DNA from: the human T2T-CHM13v2.0 reference genome, Homo sapiens
Direction: 5' to 3' (one strand)
DNA length: 64,000 bases
NCBI RefSeq assembly: GCF_009914755.1
Contig: NC_060937.1
Part shown: in pieces, positions 45,196-64,000 of the stretch
Numbering within the stretch: position 1 is the stretch's first letter
Layout: every line of letters starts with the position of its first letter
Made by a program: the position numbers and the translations under genes
Notes under the pieces: model-generated
What the model was told of the DNA's origin: nothing
The model's input: only the letters and a program-made list of their open reading frames with translations
Databases searched by the model: none

Positions 45196-45944
45196 AAGTA
45201 AAATGGATTTCTGATAGAATTATCTGGAGTCATGTCTAGTTGATGTTGGAGCCATCTAAATTCACAGGTAAAGTCATGAAACCTAATCACAGAGCCTCAC
45301 AATGCCTTGTCTCCACAGCCTATGGTCGATTGGAGAGACACAAACATAAAAGAGACATTCTTGAATCTATGTGCTAGGTGTTGTACTGAGTGTTCTTTAC
45401 CATATGTAATGCAGTTGGAGAATAAGTTTGGCTGAAACTCCACACTTTTGCACCCTGAGCTTGGAAAGGGTAATCTGGCTTTAGAACACAGCTTTACACA
45501 GCTGTGTAATCAGCTTTACAAAGAGCTTCCCTGTGCCTAGCAAAAGATGAGTTTGTGTACAACTGACTCCTTTTCGGCCTTCTTGAATATGCAAACTACA
45601 AAATATGCCCAGATGCCTCAGGGACCAGGCAAGTAAATGAACTATGTCCAACCTTAATCCATTTAGTCAGCACAGCATTTTATAATGTTTTCATTTGCAT
45701 ACTGTTACACAATCCTACACTCTCCAGTTCCTTACAGTCTGCCTCAAATTTTCCTTTACTCATTCTGTTCAACAGTTTAACACAAGTCACTTTATTATAT
45801 AGTTCTGCTACCTCTTTTCTCCCTGAAGGCATGTGGGTTTATACCAGCTCACATAAATGATTCGTGAAGCTTTGCTTGTGATGGGTTGGGAAAGAAAGTG
45901 GTGGGGAGTGGTCCAAGAAGGGGTGTAAACATTTTATCTAATCC

Positions 45945-46110
45945 TCGCAACAACCTAATGAAGCAGGTGTTACGATTATCCCCACGTTTAGATAAGGAAA
46001 CCAAGGCACAGAGATAACTTTTCCAGGGTTGCACAACTAACTAGTAAGCAATGGAACCAAGGTTTGAACCTAGCTCCAGGAGCCACACCTGTGTCCACTC
46101 CACTACACTA
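45945..46110 (-). mobile_element. MIR
   Basis: AATCCTCGCAACAACCTAATGAAGCAGGT..AGGAAACCAAGGCACAGAGA. Confidence 0.8.
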
Positions 46111-46366
46111 GCTTTGTAAAAGTATTTTATTTTGATTCTGACAGGATGAGGTTGAGAGGCACGACTCCTTTCGGACTTGCATGAAGGTTTAAGCTACAAA
46201 AAAAAAATACTCAAATCGATATTTCTTTGTTTCACTTTCCTCATCTGGAAAATAAGGGTAATAATTATGTTACAACGATAAAACATGTTTCAAATAGTGC
46301 CTGGCGCTCAACACAAAATGGAAAGTTTAGAATGGACATTCAAAGTCAACATTTTAAAAGTTGGGG

Positions 46367-46815
<449 letters not shown>

Positions 46816-47077
46816 TCATTTCATACTTATTTTACACACAGGGGAATATGACATTCATCATTGCACTAACCAGCACATACAGGGCCAGGATCCACACAAA
46901 GGCTCTGACTCTAAAACCTGTGGTCTCTCCGCTTCTTTACCCAACCTCTTAATAGTTGAAGGAATCAGTCGTCTTAGTGGCATTCATTAATATCACCCAG
47001 TCATCAAGCAGTAGATGTCAATCAAAACAGTAAATTTTTTATTGGCTTGAATCAACAAATCAGCGACTTTTCAGGCC

Positions 47078-47243
47078 TTTCTTTTCTTTTCTTTTTCTTT
47101 TTTTCTTTTCTTTCTTTTTTTTTTTTGAGACGGATTAATTTTGGGATTACAGGCATGAGCCACCACACCCGGCTAATTTTGTATTTTTAGTAGAGACAGG
47201 GTTTCACCATGTTGGCCAGGCTGGTCTCGAACAGTGCTGACCT
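47078..47243 (-). mobile_element. Internally deleted Alu
   Basis: PolyT-GAGACGGA joined to GGGATTACAGGC..GGTCTCGAAC. Confidence 0.8.
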
Positions 47244-48157
47244 CCAAGCAACACGATACATTTCAAGGCTCCTCAAGCACTAACAGATATTCTGCCTGCT
47301 TCTCTGAATCTCTTCTTTGGGTTGGAGTTTCCCATTTTCTTTTCAGCATTTGCTCAGCTCTAATGAGAAAGTTTATCAGGGGAAAAAAAATAGCACAAGA
47401 AAAGGAAACATCCTCTGGACTCCGAGAAGCCTCCGGCATCTAGGTCTAACTTCCCCATTCCCAACTCTGATTTTCTTGATTTGTGCCCTTAGAGTTTTTC
47501 CTTTGGATACATCTTCCTTCATCTTGCCTTCTCTCTACTACCTACTTCTCAAATTTTTCAGAGTAGTTTTTCTATATGTTTTACCAGGGTTTAACCATTT
47601 GTTGGAGTTTGTATGGGAAACCTTTGGCTCTACCTTGTCATTTTGCTGTCACTTTCACATTCAGATTTGCATTTTAGCACCCACGGGGCCTCCTTGCCAC
47701 TTGACCTTCATCAGCCTACCTAGGGTACCTAGGGAGAGGTAATGTGCCACGTTGGGGTTTCCTGAAATGTTCAAGCTGAATCCTCAGCTGATGAAATACA
47801 CACAGTTTCTACTTCTTCTTTAAAAAAAAAAAAAAAACTCTATTAAAATAGCTAAGCACAGCAATGTTAAACCAAATAAAAAATTCCAAAATATATTTAG
47901 CATGAAGAAACTCCTGTCATATACACAAGAAACTGTTAACGGTGATTTCCTGGAATGAGGAAGTAGGAACTAGGGGAGAAGGTGGAGGAGGGAATTTTTA
48001 CTGTATACTTTTTTAGTTACACATGCGAATATACAACTATTTCAAAATTTCAGTAAATGGAGTATTTTTAAGACTTAAAAGACATATTTATGTGACATTA
48101 TTTTTAAATTACTAGGGCACAGTTAACATTTTTTTTTCTTTTTAAAAGTAATGTATT

Positions 48158-48446
<289 letters not shown>

Positions 48447-49356
48447 TGTATTTTGAGCCTAGTTTAACTCTGATTCCTCTCTGCCTAAGTAGACCATACA
48501 CTTGAACCCCCATGCTCCCTCCTTAGGGCTCTCTCGAGGTACTTATCTTCCACTTTCATTGGCTCTGACTGTCTTAGTAAAGAAAGAAAACAATCTCTTT
48601 ATACATGAAGTAAAGGACAAGCATCTATTTGCCTGCTTCAAGAGGGCTGGCCTTGGGTTGTTCTTCCAGCACTATCAAAAGGAAGAGGTTATGGGGGAAG
48701 TGAGAGGTGGAAGAAGGGAAGTGAACCTCAAAATTTCTCACTGTTTTCATGTTCCTGCCTCTCCATCCTCAAGACCCAAAGAGAAAAGAGATGCAGTGGG
48801 CCCCAGTCTATCACGTGATCAGTGCCCTCACCTGCCCACTAGGCGGTTCTGTCGCTGCCTTTTTCCCAGCATGGGAAGAGCACTTGCTCCTCTAAGCTCC
48901 TCTCCATCTTAACCTTTTCTGGTTTGCTTGCTTATTTTTTAGAATAATTTACTTTGGCCTTTCCCAATTCCCTCTGGTCAAGTCTGCTAGGTATGTTGTG
49001 CACTTTTATTTCCTTTTTGTGTTTTTTAACAACAATTACACACAGGAGCAGATATATCTGCTTTCTGCCACAAACCTTGAGGATACACAAATGACAGATT
49101 TACGAGAATTTTTTTTAAAAGGTCTTCCAGGTAACAAGTAAATGCACATGTGTCTCTCCAAAGCTCCAACCAGGGCTGCTTCTCCAGCCAACCTGCCGCA
49201 GACTGGCACGCAATTCCCCCAGAGCCACTTCTTCCTCTCTTCTGTTGCTGGTAAACAGCAAGGAGTTTTGCATCTTAAGGATTCTATTGTTAATTGTTCC
49301 TGGGAAACAGGAAATAGACAATAAAATAATGAATATGGGAAAGTCAAAGTTTATAA

Positions 49357-49875
<519 letters not shown>

Positions 49876-50067
49876 TGAAGACCCCTACTTCATCATGTTG
49901 TTGAAAGGATTAAATATGATATTGTACATAAGTTCTCAGCACCAGACCAAGCCCACAAGGAGATAAAAGGAATGCACGGTTGTTCACCTGGAATCTTCAC
50001 CTGTTCTTAACAGGACACTTCAGTCAAAATAGCTTGTGATTCCTTGACTCAAGAGGTAATGAATTTC

Positions 50068-50812
<745 letters not shown>

Positions 50813-50979
50813 AGCCTATTATATGAGTCTTCAGAGGAAGATAAGAGGCAGTTTGGTACAGGGGTTAGAAAGTTAAACTTGGGAAAGACCCTGACCCTTT
50901 CAGTTTGTCAGTTACTTCTTAAATCAGAGGTCAGTGTCTTGTAACAGTGTTGCATAAACACCAAAGCACAGTCAAAATT

Positions 50980-51215
50980 CAGGCTGACTATCCCTTATCC
51001 GAAATGCTTGGGACCAGGAGTGTCCTGGGTTTACGATTTTTTCCGGATTTGGGAATATTTGCATTATACTCACCGGTTGAGCATCCTAAACCTGAAAATC
51101 CCAAACCTGACATGCTCTGTGATCATTTCCTTTCAATGTCATGTCAACACTCAAAAAGTTTTGGATTTTGGAGCATTTTAATTTTCAGATTTTCTGATTA
51201 GGGACACTCAACCTG
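50980..51215 (+). mobile_element. Tigger4a (MER46A/Zombi) MITE, near full length
   Basis: Terminal inverted repeats CAGGCTGACTATCCCT / AGGGACACTCAACCTG. Confidence 0.85.
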
Positions 51216-51433
51216 CAGTAGGCATCTTTAATAGATTTTTTGCAGAGTGTTTCCTAAATCACATTGCTAAGTGTTGTTATTCTTTTAAAATCTAAGCCTA
51301 TCACACAAAAGCATGAAGTTAATATGTCCAAGCATGCTCCCTGGAAGCACTGATTGTCATAGTGAATGGTTAAATAAATGTCGATGCATCCACACAACTG
51401 AATATTATTCAAGCCTTCAAAAGATTAAGACAG

Positions 51434-51728
51434 GGCCAGGCTCGGTGGCTCACACCTATAATCCTAACACTTTGGGAGGCCTAGGCAGGAGGATCACTTG
51501 AGCCCAGGAGTTCCAGACCAGCTGGGTAACATAGTGAGAAACCCATCTCTAAGAAAAATAAAAATTACCCAGTCGTGGTGGCACACGCCTGTAGTCCCAG
51601 CTACTTGGGAAGCTGAGGAAGGAGGTTCACTTGAGCCCAGAAGGTCAAGTGAACAGTGATCACACCACTGCACTCTAGGTGGGGTGACTGGCAAGTCTCT
51701 ATCTCAAAAAAAAAAAAAAAAAAAAAAA
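51434..51728 (+). mobile_element. Alu (AluJ-like)
   Basis: TSD ATTAAGACA. Confidence 0.9.
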
Positions 51729-52574
51729 ATTAAGACAAGGGTGTATGTGTCCTTGCCCAAAAACATATCCACAATCTATTATTAAGTTAAAAAGAAAGAG
51801 CAAATTTCAAGATAAGATGTAAGAGAACAGGTATAATTTTATACCTAATATTTAGAAGATTATAAATTTAACTTGTGATTAATTCTGGGAAGTAGAGTTA
51901 TAGAGGCTTTCCCTTTCTTCTTTGTGTACTTCATTTTTGTTTAACATTTCATATTGAAAATGTATTACTTTCATAATAAAAATAAAATAAAAAGAGTGTT
52001 TCAAGGTTATAAGCCTGGTAGCTTCTTGCTCTCTTTTCACATTGATAGAGTTGCCATTGATCTGATGGGAACTGGATGACATGGAAGCATTGTGAGGTTC
52101 TGTCTTTGCTCTTTAAGCCATCCACTGTGTTACAGGCATAACCAGGCCTTTGGAAATCATGTTGGCACCTCCCTGAGGTCCATTCATAACATTGCCATGA
52201 GCCCCCTCGCAAAATGATGAAGTATGGTCTAAATGAAGTGTCTCTTTGGAGGAATCTAGTCTTGGTTCTCTCACTTACCATCACTAGTGCCCTACTTAAA
52301 AATTTTCCAAGATATAGTGTGTAAAGAGTGTTATAAGACTGTTACATAAATTAGTGAAAACTCCCACATAAATTTCTTTGCTGGTGTATGTACCCAAAGC
52401 CTTAGAGAAAGGACAGCTGAGATAGGACAGCACAGAGTGGGTCCAGAGACAAGTCCTCAGTCATCAGACCTGAAGCTCAATTTTTCTATCAAGGAACACA
52501 TTTGGTGCAAGGGAGACAGACTTACTCAAACAAAAACAAACAAAACAACAACAACAAAAACCTCACAAGGACCT

Positions 52575-53485
52575 ATTAGGATGTCTATATATATATATAT
52601 ATATGAAACTAACAAGCATTAGGAAAGATGTAGATAAATGTAGAGAAATTGCAACCATTTTCTCTACAATGTGGGGAAATTGCTGGTAGGAATATACAAT
52701 GGTGCAGCCAATGGTAAAAAAAAAACAGTATGGCAGTTCTTAAGAAAGCATAAAATTACCATATGATTCTGCAATTCCACGTCTGGGTATATATCCAAAA
52801 GCAGTGAATCCAGGCAATCCAACAGATATTTGCACACTCATGTTCATAGTAGCATTATTCACAATAGTCAAAAGGTGGAAGCACCCAAGTGTCCAATGAT
52901 GCATGAATGAATAAACCTAAAATGTGGTACACACATATATATGGAATATTACTCAGCCATAAAAAGGAATGAAGGCTGGGTGCAGTGGCCTATGCCTGTA
53001 GTCCTAGCTACTCAGGAGGCTGCTTGAGGTCAGGAAGTTGAGGCCAGCCTGGGCAACATAACAAGACCTATCTTTGAAAAAAAACAAAAGATGAAAAAAA
53101 AAGAAGTAAAATTGTGATACATGCTATGACGTGGATGAACATGGAGAACATTTTGTTAAGTGAAATAAACCAGACACAAAAGGACTAATGTATGATTTCA
53201 CTTATATTAATATGAGATAGCTGGAATCGTCAAATTCATAAAAATAAAAAGTAATATAGAGATTATCAGAGAGGGAATAAGGGGGGGATAAGGGGAAGTT
53301 ACTGTTTAATGGGTACAGCGTTTCTGTTGGGGATGATGAAAAAGTTGGGGTATAAATAATGGTGATAGATGCACCGCCTTGTGGATGTATTTAAAGCCAC
53401 TGAATTATATGTTGACAGATGGCTAAAATGATAAATATGTGATTTTATCACAATCAAAAACTAAGAATCTAAAAAAAAAAAAAAA
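52575..53485 (+). mobile_element. 5'-truncated L1MB-like element with FLAM insertion (52974-53105)
   Basis: L1 3' motifs and polyA; flanked by TSD-like CCTCACAAGG on both sides. Confidence 0.82.
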
Positions 53486-53959
53486 CCCCTCACAAGGGAC
53501 TTGAGGACAAAACAGAATGCCAATTTGTTAATTTACACTGATTTCCTTCCTCCTCCAGGTCCCCAGAGCACCATCACTTCTAAGACTGTGACCTGCTTAC
53601 AGATCCACTCCTCTGCCCCCACAGTTCACATGTCCACCCTGGGGGCCATGGCTTATTGATTCTTCCATGTATCAGCCCAAGAATCCCCTGCTGCCTTCTG
53701 AATAAAGGGTGCAAATACACGAAGCCTGCTCACGAATCAACATAAAACTTGGCTTCCGATCCCGCTTCCCTGCCTGTCTGCTTCCACGCTTTTCACTCAC
53801 GGACTTTCCTGCTCCCCCGGGCACCTTGTCTCCTTTTCCATCTGTGCTGACCCTTTGGCTTAGTGACTCAGCTTTTGGATTGGCCACTTGGCTGGGCCCT
53901 TGGTCCCTGCAAAACTGAGTTTCCTGTATCTGTGCTCTGTCAACTCTGAGTCAGCCAAA

Positions 53960-54895
53960 CAGCTGAGGTCATTCTCTACTTGTCACCACCGATGAGGACG
54001 GAGAGCCAACACCACCAGTCAGTCACCCAAGCTGGAAATTTAAGCATCATCATTTCTTCTTTTCCTTCCCAGCCCTCCCATCGCTGCTTGCAGGCCAGTG
54101 AGTTCCACCCCAGGAATGTTCCACCCCAGTGTATATATTTCCTTCTGAAGTCCCATCCCCATACTGCTTGAGATCGGGGCTCATAATTCCCCCAATAAAC
54201 CACTGTCCAGCCTCCTGCCTCACCTCTATCTAGCCTCTAGTCTGTGCCTCCAGTTCTTTACACCCTGCCACAGTGACTGCAAGTCTGGTCCCAGTGCTGC
54301 CCTGCAGAGAAACCTCCACAGGTTCCCACTGCCAGGGGACCAAGTTGAAGCTCTTTGCGAGAACTGCGCCCTCTCGCTATGGCCAGCCCACCACTCCAGC
54401 TCAGCCCTCCTCCCACAGGCCACACTTGTTCAACACGCTGAACCTTTGCCTTTCCCAAGGGCTTCCACCATCCTTTAAATCTGCCCACATTGCTCCTTCT
54501 GCCAAGAGTGACCATGTGGTCTGGTTTGCCCAGAACAACCTGTTTACGCCTATTTTCTGGTGTAATTATTAATTAACCACCCTCCCCCTCCACCCGCCCA
54601 AGTGTCCTGGTTTGAACAAGTTACATGGTCAGATTACATTTGCCTTAATTCTTCACCTGGCAAATCTCTGCTCATCCTCCAAGATCCGCTTCAATGTCAG
54701 AAGCTCTGGGAAGCTTGGCCCAAGTGCTGACCTCTACTTCAGGACTACCTCAGACTGTTATGTATGACTTCATGATGGTGTTTACCAGCATGCACTGTTA
54801 TGCAATCGTTTACATGTCTAGTCATCCCTACTAGACTTTTGGAGTCTTACATATGCTCAATTAATGTTTGCTGAGGAGGAATGAAAAACGAATCC
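53960..54895. mobile_element. L2 fragments with nested MER94-like MITE (~54506-54632)
   Basis: CAGTCACCCAAGCTGGAAA..; ATGCTCAATTAATGTTTGCTGA L2 tail; GAGTGACCAT..ATGGTCA termini. Confidence 0.6.
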
Positions 54896-54916
54896 ATTAA
54901 GTAGTTACTAAGTAAG

Positions 54917-55567
<651 letters not shown>

Positions 55568-55816
55568 CTAGGTTCTTGGCAAAACAGATAGACATCCACT
55601 CCCTCTTGGAGTTTCCATTTAAGTAGGGGAAAGAGACAGAAGTTAATTTCTGAACGATTCACTGTTGAGGGTACAGGTCGAGGATTTCCTTTGATTAAGC
55701 AGTCTTGCTCCTGGAGCTGGGGCTAGGACTCAGCTCCCCATAAGCCACAAGGCTATGTGAGGGAAGAGGGCCCCATCCTGGCCAAACAAGCATTCTGAGA
55801 GTAGGGAAGAAGCATG

Positions 55817-56016
55817 GGGCCAGGCAAGGTGGCTCGTGCCTGTAATCCCACAGCTTTGGGAGGCAAAGCTGGAGGATCCCTGGAGTCCAGGAGTTCGAGA
55901 CCGGCCTGGGCAATGTAGCAAGACTCCATCCCTAGAAGGAATTTTAAAAATTAGCCAGGTGTGGTGGCGTGCCTGGAGTCCCAGCTACTCCAGAGGCTGA
56001 GGCAATAGGATCACTT
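55817..56016 (+). mobile_element. 3'-truncated Alu (AluJ-like)
   Basis: Ends at GGATCACTTG. Confidence 0.85.
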
Positions 56017-56196
56017 GTTTACAGTTGTATATGCTCAACACCAGTGAACCTTGTCATGAAAACCCCTCCACCATTGCTGCTACCTAACTTTTGCTTTAAG
56101 CAACACAGATTTTTAGCTATCATGAAATCAAATCAGTAGAAAGTATACCCAGAGAGATTGCTATCCTTTAAATATTAAAAATTAAAACAAAAATCA

Positions 56197-56888
<692 letters not shown>

Positions 56889-57442
56889 TTAGGATTAAAC
56901 CCTGCCCTGGAAAGCCCTAAATACCTTCCTCCTGGGTATATTATTAAGTCATCTGAGAAAGTCTCAATCCTATAACCAAAAGCACATCAAAGAAAATTTC
57001 TTCCTCTCACCATTTTTACCTTGAGAAATGATAGAGTAGCAAGTTTATGGATGAGAATATCAACTGGGCATTTTAATGGAAACTGGGCCAGAAAAAGATG
57101 GAATAATTCTTTTGTGCTCTTTCCTTTTAATGCTTGAGTCAAAGTAACCCATCTGGTTTTCTTCAATACTGGGTTCTGCGTTAGTGCTCCAGGGAGGCAG
57201 AACCCGTTCCATGGAAGTGATTCATTACCTGTGTTAACTTGAAGGGTGTCGCTCTTCATCTGCCTTCTCTTGTTCCATGGCACCACCGTAATTTAAATAA
57301 TCTGCCTGCTTCCAGTACTGCAGCAGAGTTCTTCCTTCTGCTTCTTTCCTTTTTTCTTTCTCTTCTTTTCGTTTTTTTAACCTTTTATTATGGAAATTAT
57401 CAAACATAAAAAAAATTCGAATTGTAAAATGAACCTAATCTA

Positions 57443-58142
<700 letters not shown>

Positions 58143-58575
58143 CTATATACCTGTTTAACTGTCACCCCCAATCAACACACAGAACATTTCCATCACCCCA
58201 GAAAGTTTCTTTGCCATCCCCCAGGTTTATCAGTTTTCAATACCTAGTCATGCTTGTTTCATCTAGACCAATACCCCACAATCCCCAGAATGATTTAGAA
58301 GCAAATTTACACATCAGATCATTTTCTCTGTAAATATTTTATTATGTTTCTCTGAAAGATAACCAAAATATTTTTATCACACTGAAATGAACAATATTTT
58401 TTCCACATTATTAAATATCCAGTCCCTGTGCACATTTCCCCAATTCTCTTTTAATAGATTTGTAATTGATTTATTCACCTTTGATCTATCTATTGATTTT
58501 GAAATCATTCCAGATTAACATTTCCATCCACCAACATGATCATGATTATCTTTTTTCTTTCTTTCGTTTTTTTAG

Positions 58576-58890
<315 letters not shown>

Positions 58891-59389
58891 ACCACCATCA
58901 TGATTATCTATTAATTGAGTACTTTTTAGTCTAACCCAACCATAATTCAATATAGCTGTCCAGTTTAAATTTCCGATATTGCTATTCATATGGCTTATCC
59001 TTCCACAAGAGTTAACTAGCTTTTGTATGAATAAACCTTGTTTCTCTGCCCCTGAGAATTTGATTATGCTGTCTCTTATCTCTACCCCGCCCTCAAACAT
59101 TCATTAAATAAATATTTGTGCAACACCTACTAGGTGTCAGGGCCAACGCTAGTTTCTGGGCAATCAGTAGTGAACAAGATACACATAGTTCTTGCCCCGG
59201 GAAGGTTATGATACCCTCCCCTCTCTACCTGGTGGAATCCATTTACTTTAAGGTAAAGTTCAAATGTCACCTCCTCTGCCAAGTCAGCCTGATCTCTTCA
59301 GGCAGAAATCAGGCTTCTATAATATTCTCTCATTCTTTTAAGATTCCTGCTTCACTTCATTTGCACTACTCCTAGAAAACATACCACAT

Positions 59390-59541
59390 GGCCAGGCACA
59401 GTGGCTCATACCTATAATCCCAGCACTTTTGGAGGCCAAGGCGTGTGGATTGCTTGAGCCCAGGAGTTAAAAACCAGCCCTGGCAGCATAGTGAGACCCT
59501 TCTCTACAAACAGACAGAAAAAAAAAAAGAAAGAAAGAAAA
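59390..59541 (+). mobile_element. FLAM / Alu left monomer
   Basis: Monomer plus A-rich tail; flanks share GAAAACATACC. Confidence 0.82.
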
Positions 59542-60464
59542 CATACCTCAGAAAGAATTTGAACATAAGATCTGTAAAGAGACTTACTTCAACTTTGTGG
59601 TACCCTCAACAGCTAATGGAAACAGTGAATGAATGAATGAATATATAAGAGCAGTTATTAAAGAAAAAAACTACCCATCAGCTGCCAAACTTGACACAAC
59701 AGTTTGAAAAAACATGTATTTGAAAATTCTCCAGTTGGTATAGGTGATTGCAATGCCCTGAGGAGATCGGGGGAGAAAAGCCCATTTATAAAGCAATTGG
59801 GAATTGGACTGTAGATTAAAAAGGACATACCTTGAGGTAGTTTTCTTCTTTTAGTTATCTTGTTCCATTATGGCATATTTCTGAACTTGGCACAGGGAAT
59901 TAAAAAACCAATTTTTTGTAGTCAGAAATTCTTAAAAGTATTTCTGTGCTCTTATAAAAATTTGGAAATATAAAAAGAACAAAGAATCAGCCATAATTCA
60001 CCACTCAGACAAAATCACTGTGACTATTTTGGCATATTTCCTTCCTGTCTTTTTTCTCTGCATATAGAAAACTGGAGAGCTGGATTTTTCAGTGGCACTG
60101 AGCATGAGTGGACCTACACAAGAATGTTTTGTTTTCCATATTAAGGTCATGTGGTCTCTGCCTGCTCTCTGGCCTACCTTTCCCCACTAATGACCTCTCT
60201 TTTTTCTCTTTTTCCTATTTTGTTCTAGCCCTTCCCTCACTAAACCTAGAGTTCTGGTCTTGTTACCATAATGTGAGTCTTCACTCAGATCTCTGGTTCC
60301 AATGTCATGTACCTGACTGGGATACTGACCCTGTCACCTTAAATCCCTTCACCTCACCTACTTGGCTCTGAAACCAAGTTCATAGACCAGGCCAGACCTG
60401 ACCTGTAATCTTTATTATATTTTTTCTTTGTTCCCCATAGCATTAAAAAGCTTTTGTAAATACA

Positions 60465-60465
<1 letters not shown>

Positions 60466-60506
<41 letters not shown>

Positions 60507-61085
60507 TTGAGATGGAACCTTGCTCTGTCACCCAGGCTGGAGTGCAGTGGCGTGATCTCAGCTCACTGCAAGCTTCATCTCCTGGGTTGACGCCATTCTC
60601 CTGCCTCAGCCTCCGGAGTAGCTGGGACTACATGTGCCCACCACCACGCCCAGCTAATTTTTTTGTATTTTTAGTAGAGATGGGGTTTCACCGTGTTAGC
60701 TAGGACGGTCTTGATCTCCTGACCTCGTGATCCGCCCGCCTCGGCCTCCCAAAGTGCTGGGATTACAGGCATAAGCCACCGCGCCCGGCCTTTTTTTTTT
60801 TTTTTAAACGGAGTCTCCCTCTGTCGCCAAGGCTGGAGTGCAGTGGTATGATCAAGATCACTGAAACCTCTGCCTCCCAGGTTCAAGTGATTCTCCTACC
60901 TGAGCTTCCCGAGTAGTTAGGATTAAAGGCATGCGCCACCAAGCCCAGCTAATTTTTGTATTTTTAGTAGAGATGGAGTTTCACCATGTTGGCCAGGCTG
61001 GTCTCAAACTCCTGACCTCAGGTGATCTACCCGCCTCAGCCTCCCAAAGTGCTGGGATGATAGGTGTGAGCCACCACACCCAGCC
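60466..61085 (-). mobile_element. Two tandem Alus (AluY-like with (ATT)n tail, then AluSx-like)
   Basis: (ATT)n 60466-60505; reverse Alus 60506-60790 and 60791-61085; flanks share TGTAAATA. Confidence 0.92.
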
Positions 61086-61698
61086 TGTAAATAGAAATTG
61101 AATGGCTGCATTTTATTCTTTTATGTTTGACCATAATTATCTTATCCATTCTAATATTGACCTTATGTTACTTTTAATTTGTCATTATTATAAATAGCAT
61201 TGTGATGAATATGTTTGCAATTAATTCTTTAACTGTATATCAGATTATTTTCTTAAGTCAGATAACTACAAATAAAAGCATTGACATAAAATATGGCATT
61301 AAAATATTTAATACATATTGTTAAATTGACTTCTGGAGAGAGCATACAAACTTACACTCCCGCTGGAGAGTAGAGTGTGTCCGTTTTGTTGCATTGTTGC
61401 CAATATTGTGTATTACTGTAAAAAAAGGGAACAAAAGGGAATTTAGGAATAGAAAGGAGCTTTCTCAATGTGATCAACAGTATCTATGAAAAATGTACAA
61501 CTAGCAACATACTTCATGGTGACAGACCAATGCTCTTCCCCAAGATCAAGAGCAAAGAAGGATGTCCACTAATATCACTTCTATCAGACGGTGTATTATT
61601 TTTAAATATTTGCTCATATGAGCTATTTAAAACCACTCTGCATTTCAAATTGTATTTCTTTGCTTGGTTGCAACAGGAACCTTTCTTATGTTTATTAG

Positions 61699-62060
<362 letters not shown>

Positions 62061-62769
62061 CAGGCTTCTGTTTTTGTCCTAGGGCTTTTTAAGTTATTTC
62101 TGTTGAGTTCTCTATATTTTCATCTTAAATATTTCCATGAATTTGTAGTATGTTTTTTTCTTTTTTGGATGCCATATTTTTGTCATAGAGTTTTTTGTGT
62201 GTATGTGATCAAAATCAGTTTGTTTCTTTTTAAGTTGTTTTTATGCTTAACTATGTCTTCTTATAGTGCTTCAAAGTACTGCAGAAACTATACTGCTTCC
62301 ATATTCAAGAACTAGTTGAGTAGTTCATAGCCTATTATTTGGATAACCAATTTTTCTAGGAAAAGCAGTTCTTATATCCTGCAACTGGTGTTGTTTGTAT
62401 TATTATAATGCATCAACAAGAAAAAAAAGCATCAGAGAATCTAATTTAGAATACTGGTTCAAAATCGTAACATGTAGGATTCATTCTAGGTTCTGAGTCA
62501 TGTTTTCATCGCAAGACTCAGAAGAAAGGTAAGGTTGATATTCAAGAATTATACAGAGGCAACCTACAGAATGGCCTTTGTCCGATTTATGACAGAATTT
62601 TACAGGAAAGGGTAGCCTAATTTGCATCAGATGTTCACCATGCTTTCATAATTTTTTGATATGGAAATGGAAACTTGTCTTCTCCCATTCAAGAATAGCT
62701 AAAAAGTAGGGAGGACAAATAAGAACTGCTGTTTTCATGTGTCATTAATCAACTGATTATTAAATATAT

Positions 62770-62905
62770 GTTGTTTTTTGTATTTTTAGTAGAGACGGGG
62801 TTTCTCCATGTTATCCAGGCTGGTCTCCAACTCCTGAGCTCAGGCAATCTGCCCACGTTGGCCTCCCAAAGTGCTAGGATTACAGTCATGAGCCACTGTG
62901 CCCAG
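62770..62905 (-). mobile_element. Alu left monomer
   Basis: Reverse left arm only. Confidence 0.82.
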
Positions 62906-62957
62906 TCCTGTTTATTAATTATATTGAGTATTGAATTTTCTAAAGGCTTTAGTCTAG

Positions 62958-63640
<683 letters not shown>

Positions 63641-64000
63641 TGTGATACATTTTAAACAAATTTTAGTCTGTTAGTTTATAAAAGTAACAGTTAAAAAAAT
63701 CTTTTAATTATTTGACTTTACTTGTAGCTTAGCTCATCTCTAATTATTTCCAGGTACTAGCCTGGAGCTGAGAGATGACCTTATTTTTATACCTCATATT
63801 CTTTTGTCTCATAATGAGTTTGAATATGAGTCAATAAGACAAGATGTACCTCAGTGTCACCACTTTACAGAAGTAGTATCATTTATATACAATGAGTAAG
63901 ATTTTTATGATACCAAAAAATTCTCAACATAAAACAACAGGAAAGTCCATATGAAACAATTTAGGAAAAATATTTAGACAAAAGTACAAAAAAGAGTCCT

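Noticed and set aside
48810-48850. Palindromic E-box ATCACGTGAT plus CTCF-like CCACTAGGCGGT
   Set aside because: CTCF match has mismatches at important positions; an isolated E-box is expected by chance
60428-60703. Poly-tyrosine ORF
   Set aside because: Translation of an (ATT)n Alu-tail microsatellite

Overview
Primate (almost certainly human) genomic DNA. It covers the promoter and first exon of the deubiquitinase gene USP12 on the minus strand, recognised from the exon-1 peptide MEILMTVSKFASICTM and a GT donor at 42316 inside a CpG island (~41690-43060). Bases 1-42316 are the promoter-proximal ~42 kb of intron 1; no exon 2 sequence (GANASALEKE...) was seen. Bases ~43000-64000 are upstream sequence with splice and polyA signals compatible with a divergent + strand lncRNA (USP12-DT, from memory). 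The rest is mostly interspersed repeats: about 45 Alus, L1M fragments, MIR/L2, MLT1/THE1 LTRs and MER1B/Tigger/MER94 DNA elements. Nearly all ORFs in the supplied track are Alu-, L1- or GC-content artefacts. The most interesting signal is the translation-start architecture of exon 1. A strong-context (TISU/YY1-like) out-of-frame uAUG overlaps the weaker annotated AUG and stops in a TAATG overlap with Met5. The best in-frame Kozak is Met16 at the splice junction, which would give an MG-starting, potentially myristoylated isoform. I found no evidence of a new multi-gene system. Repeat boundaries and subfamily names are by eye and approximate.
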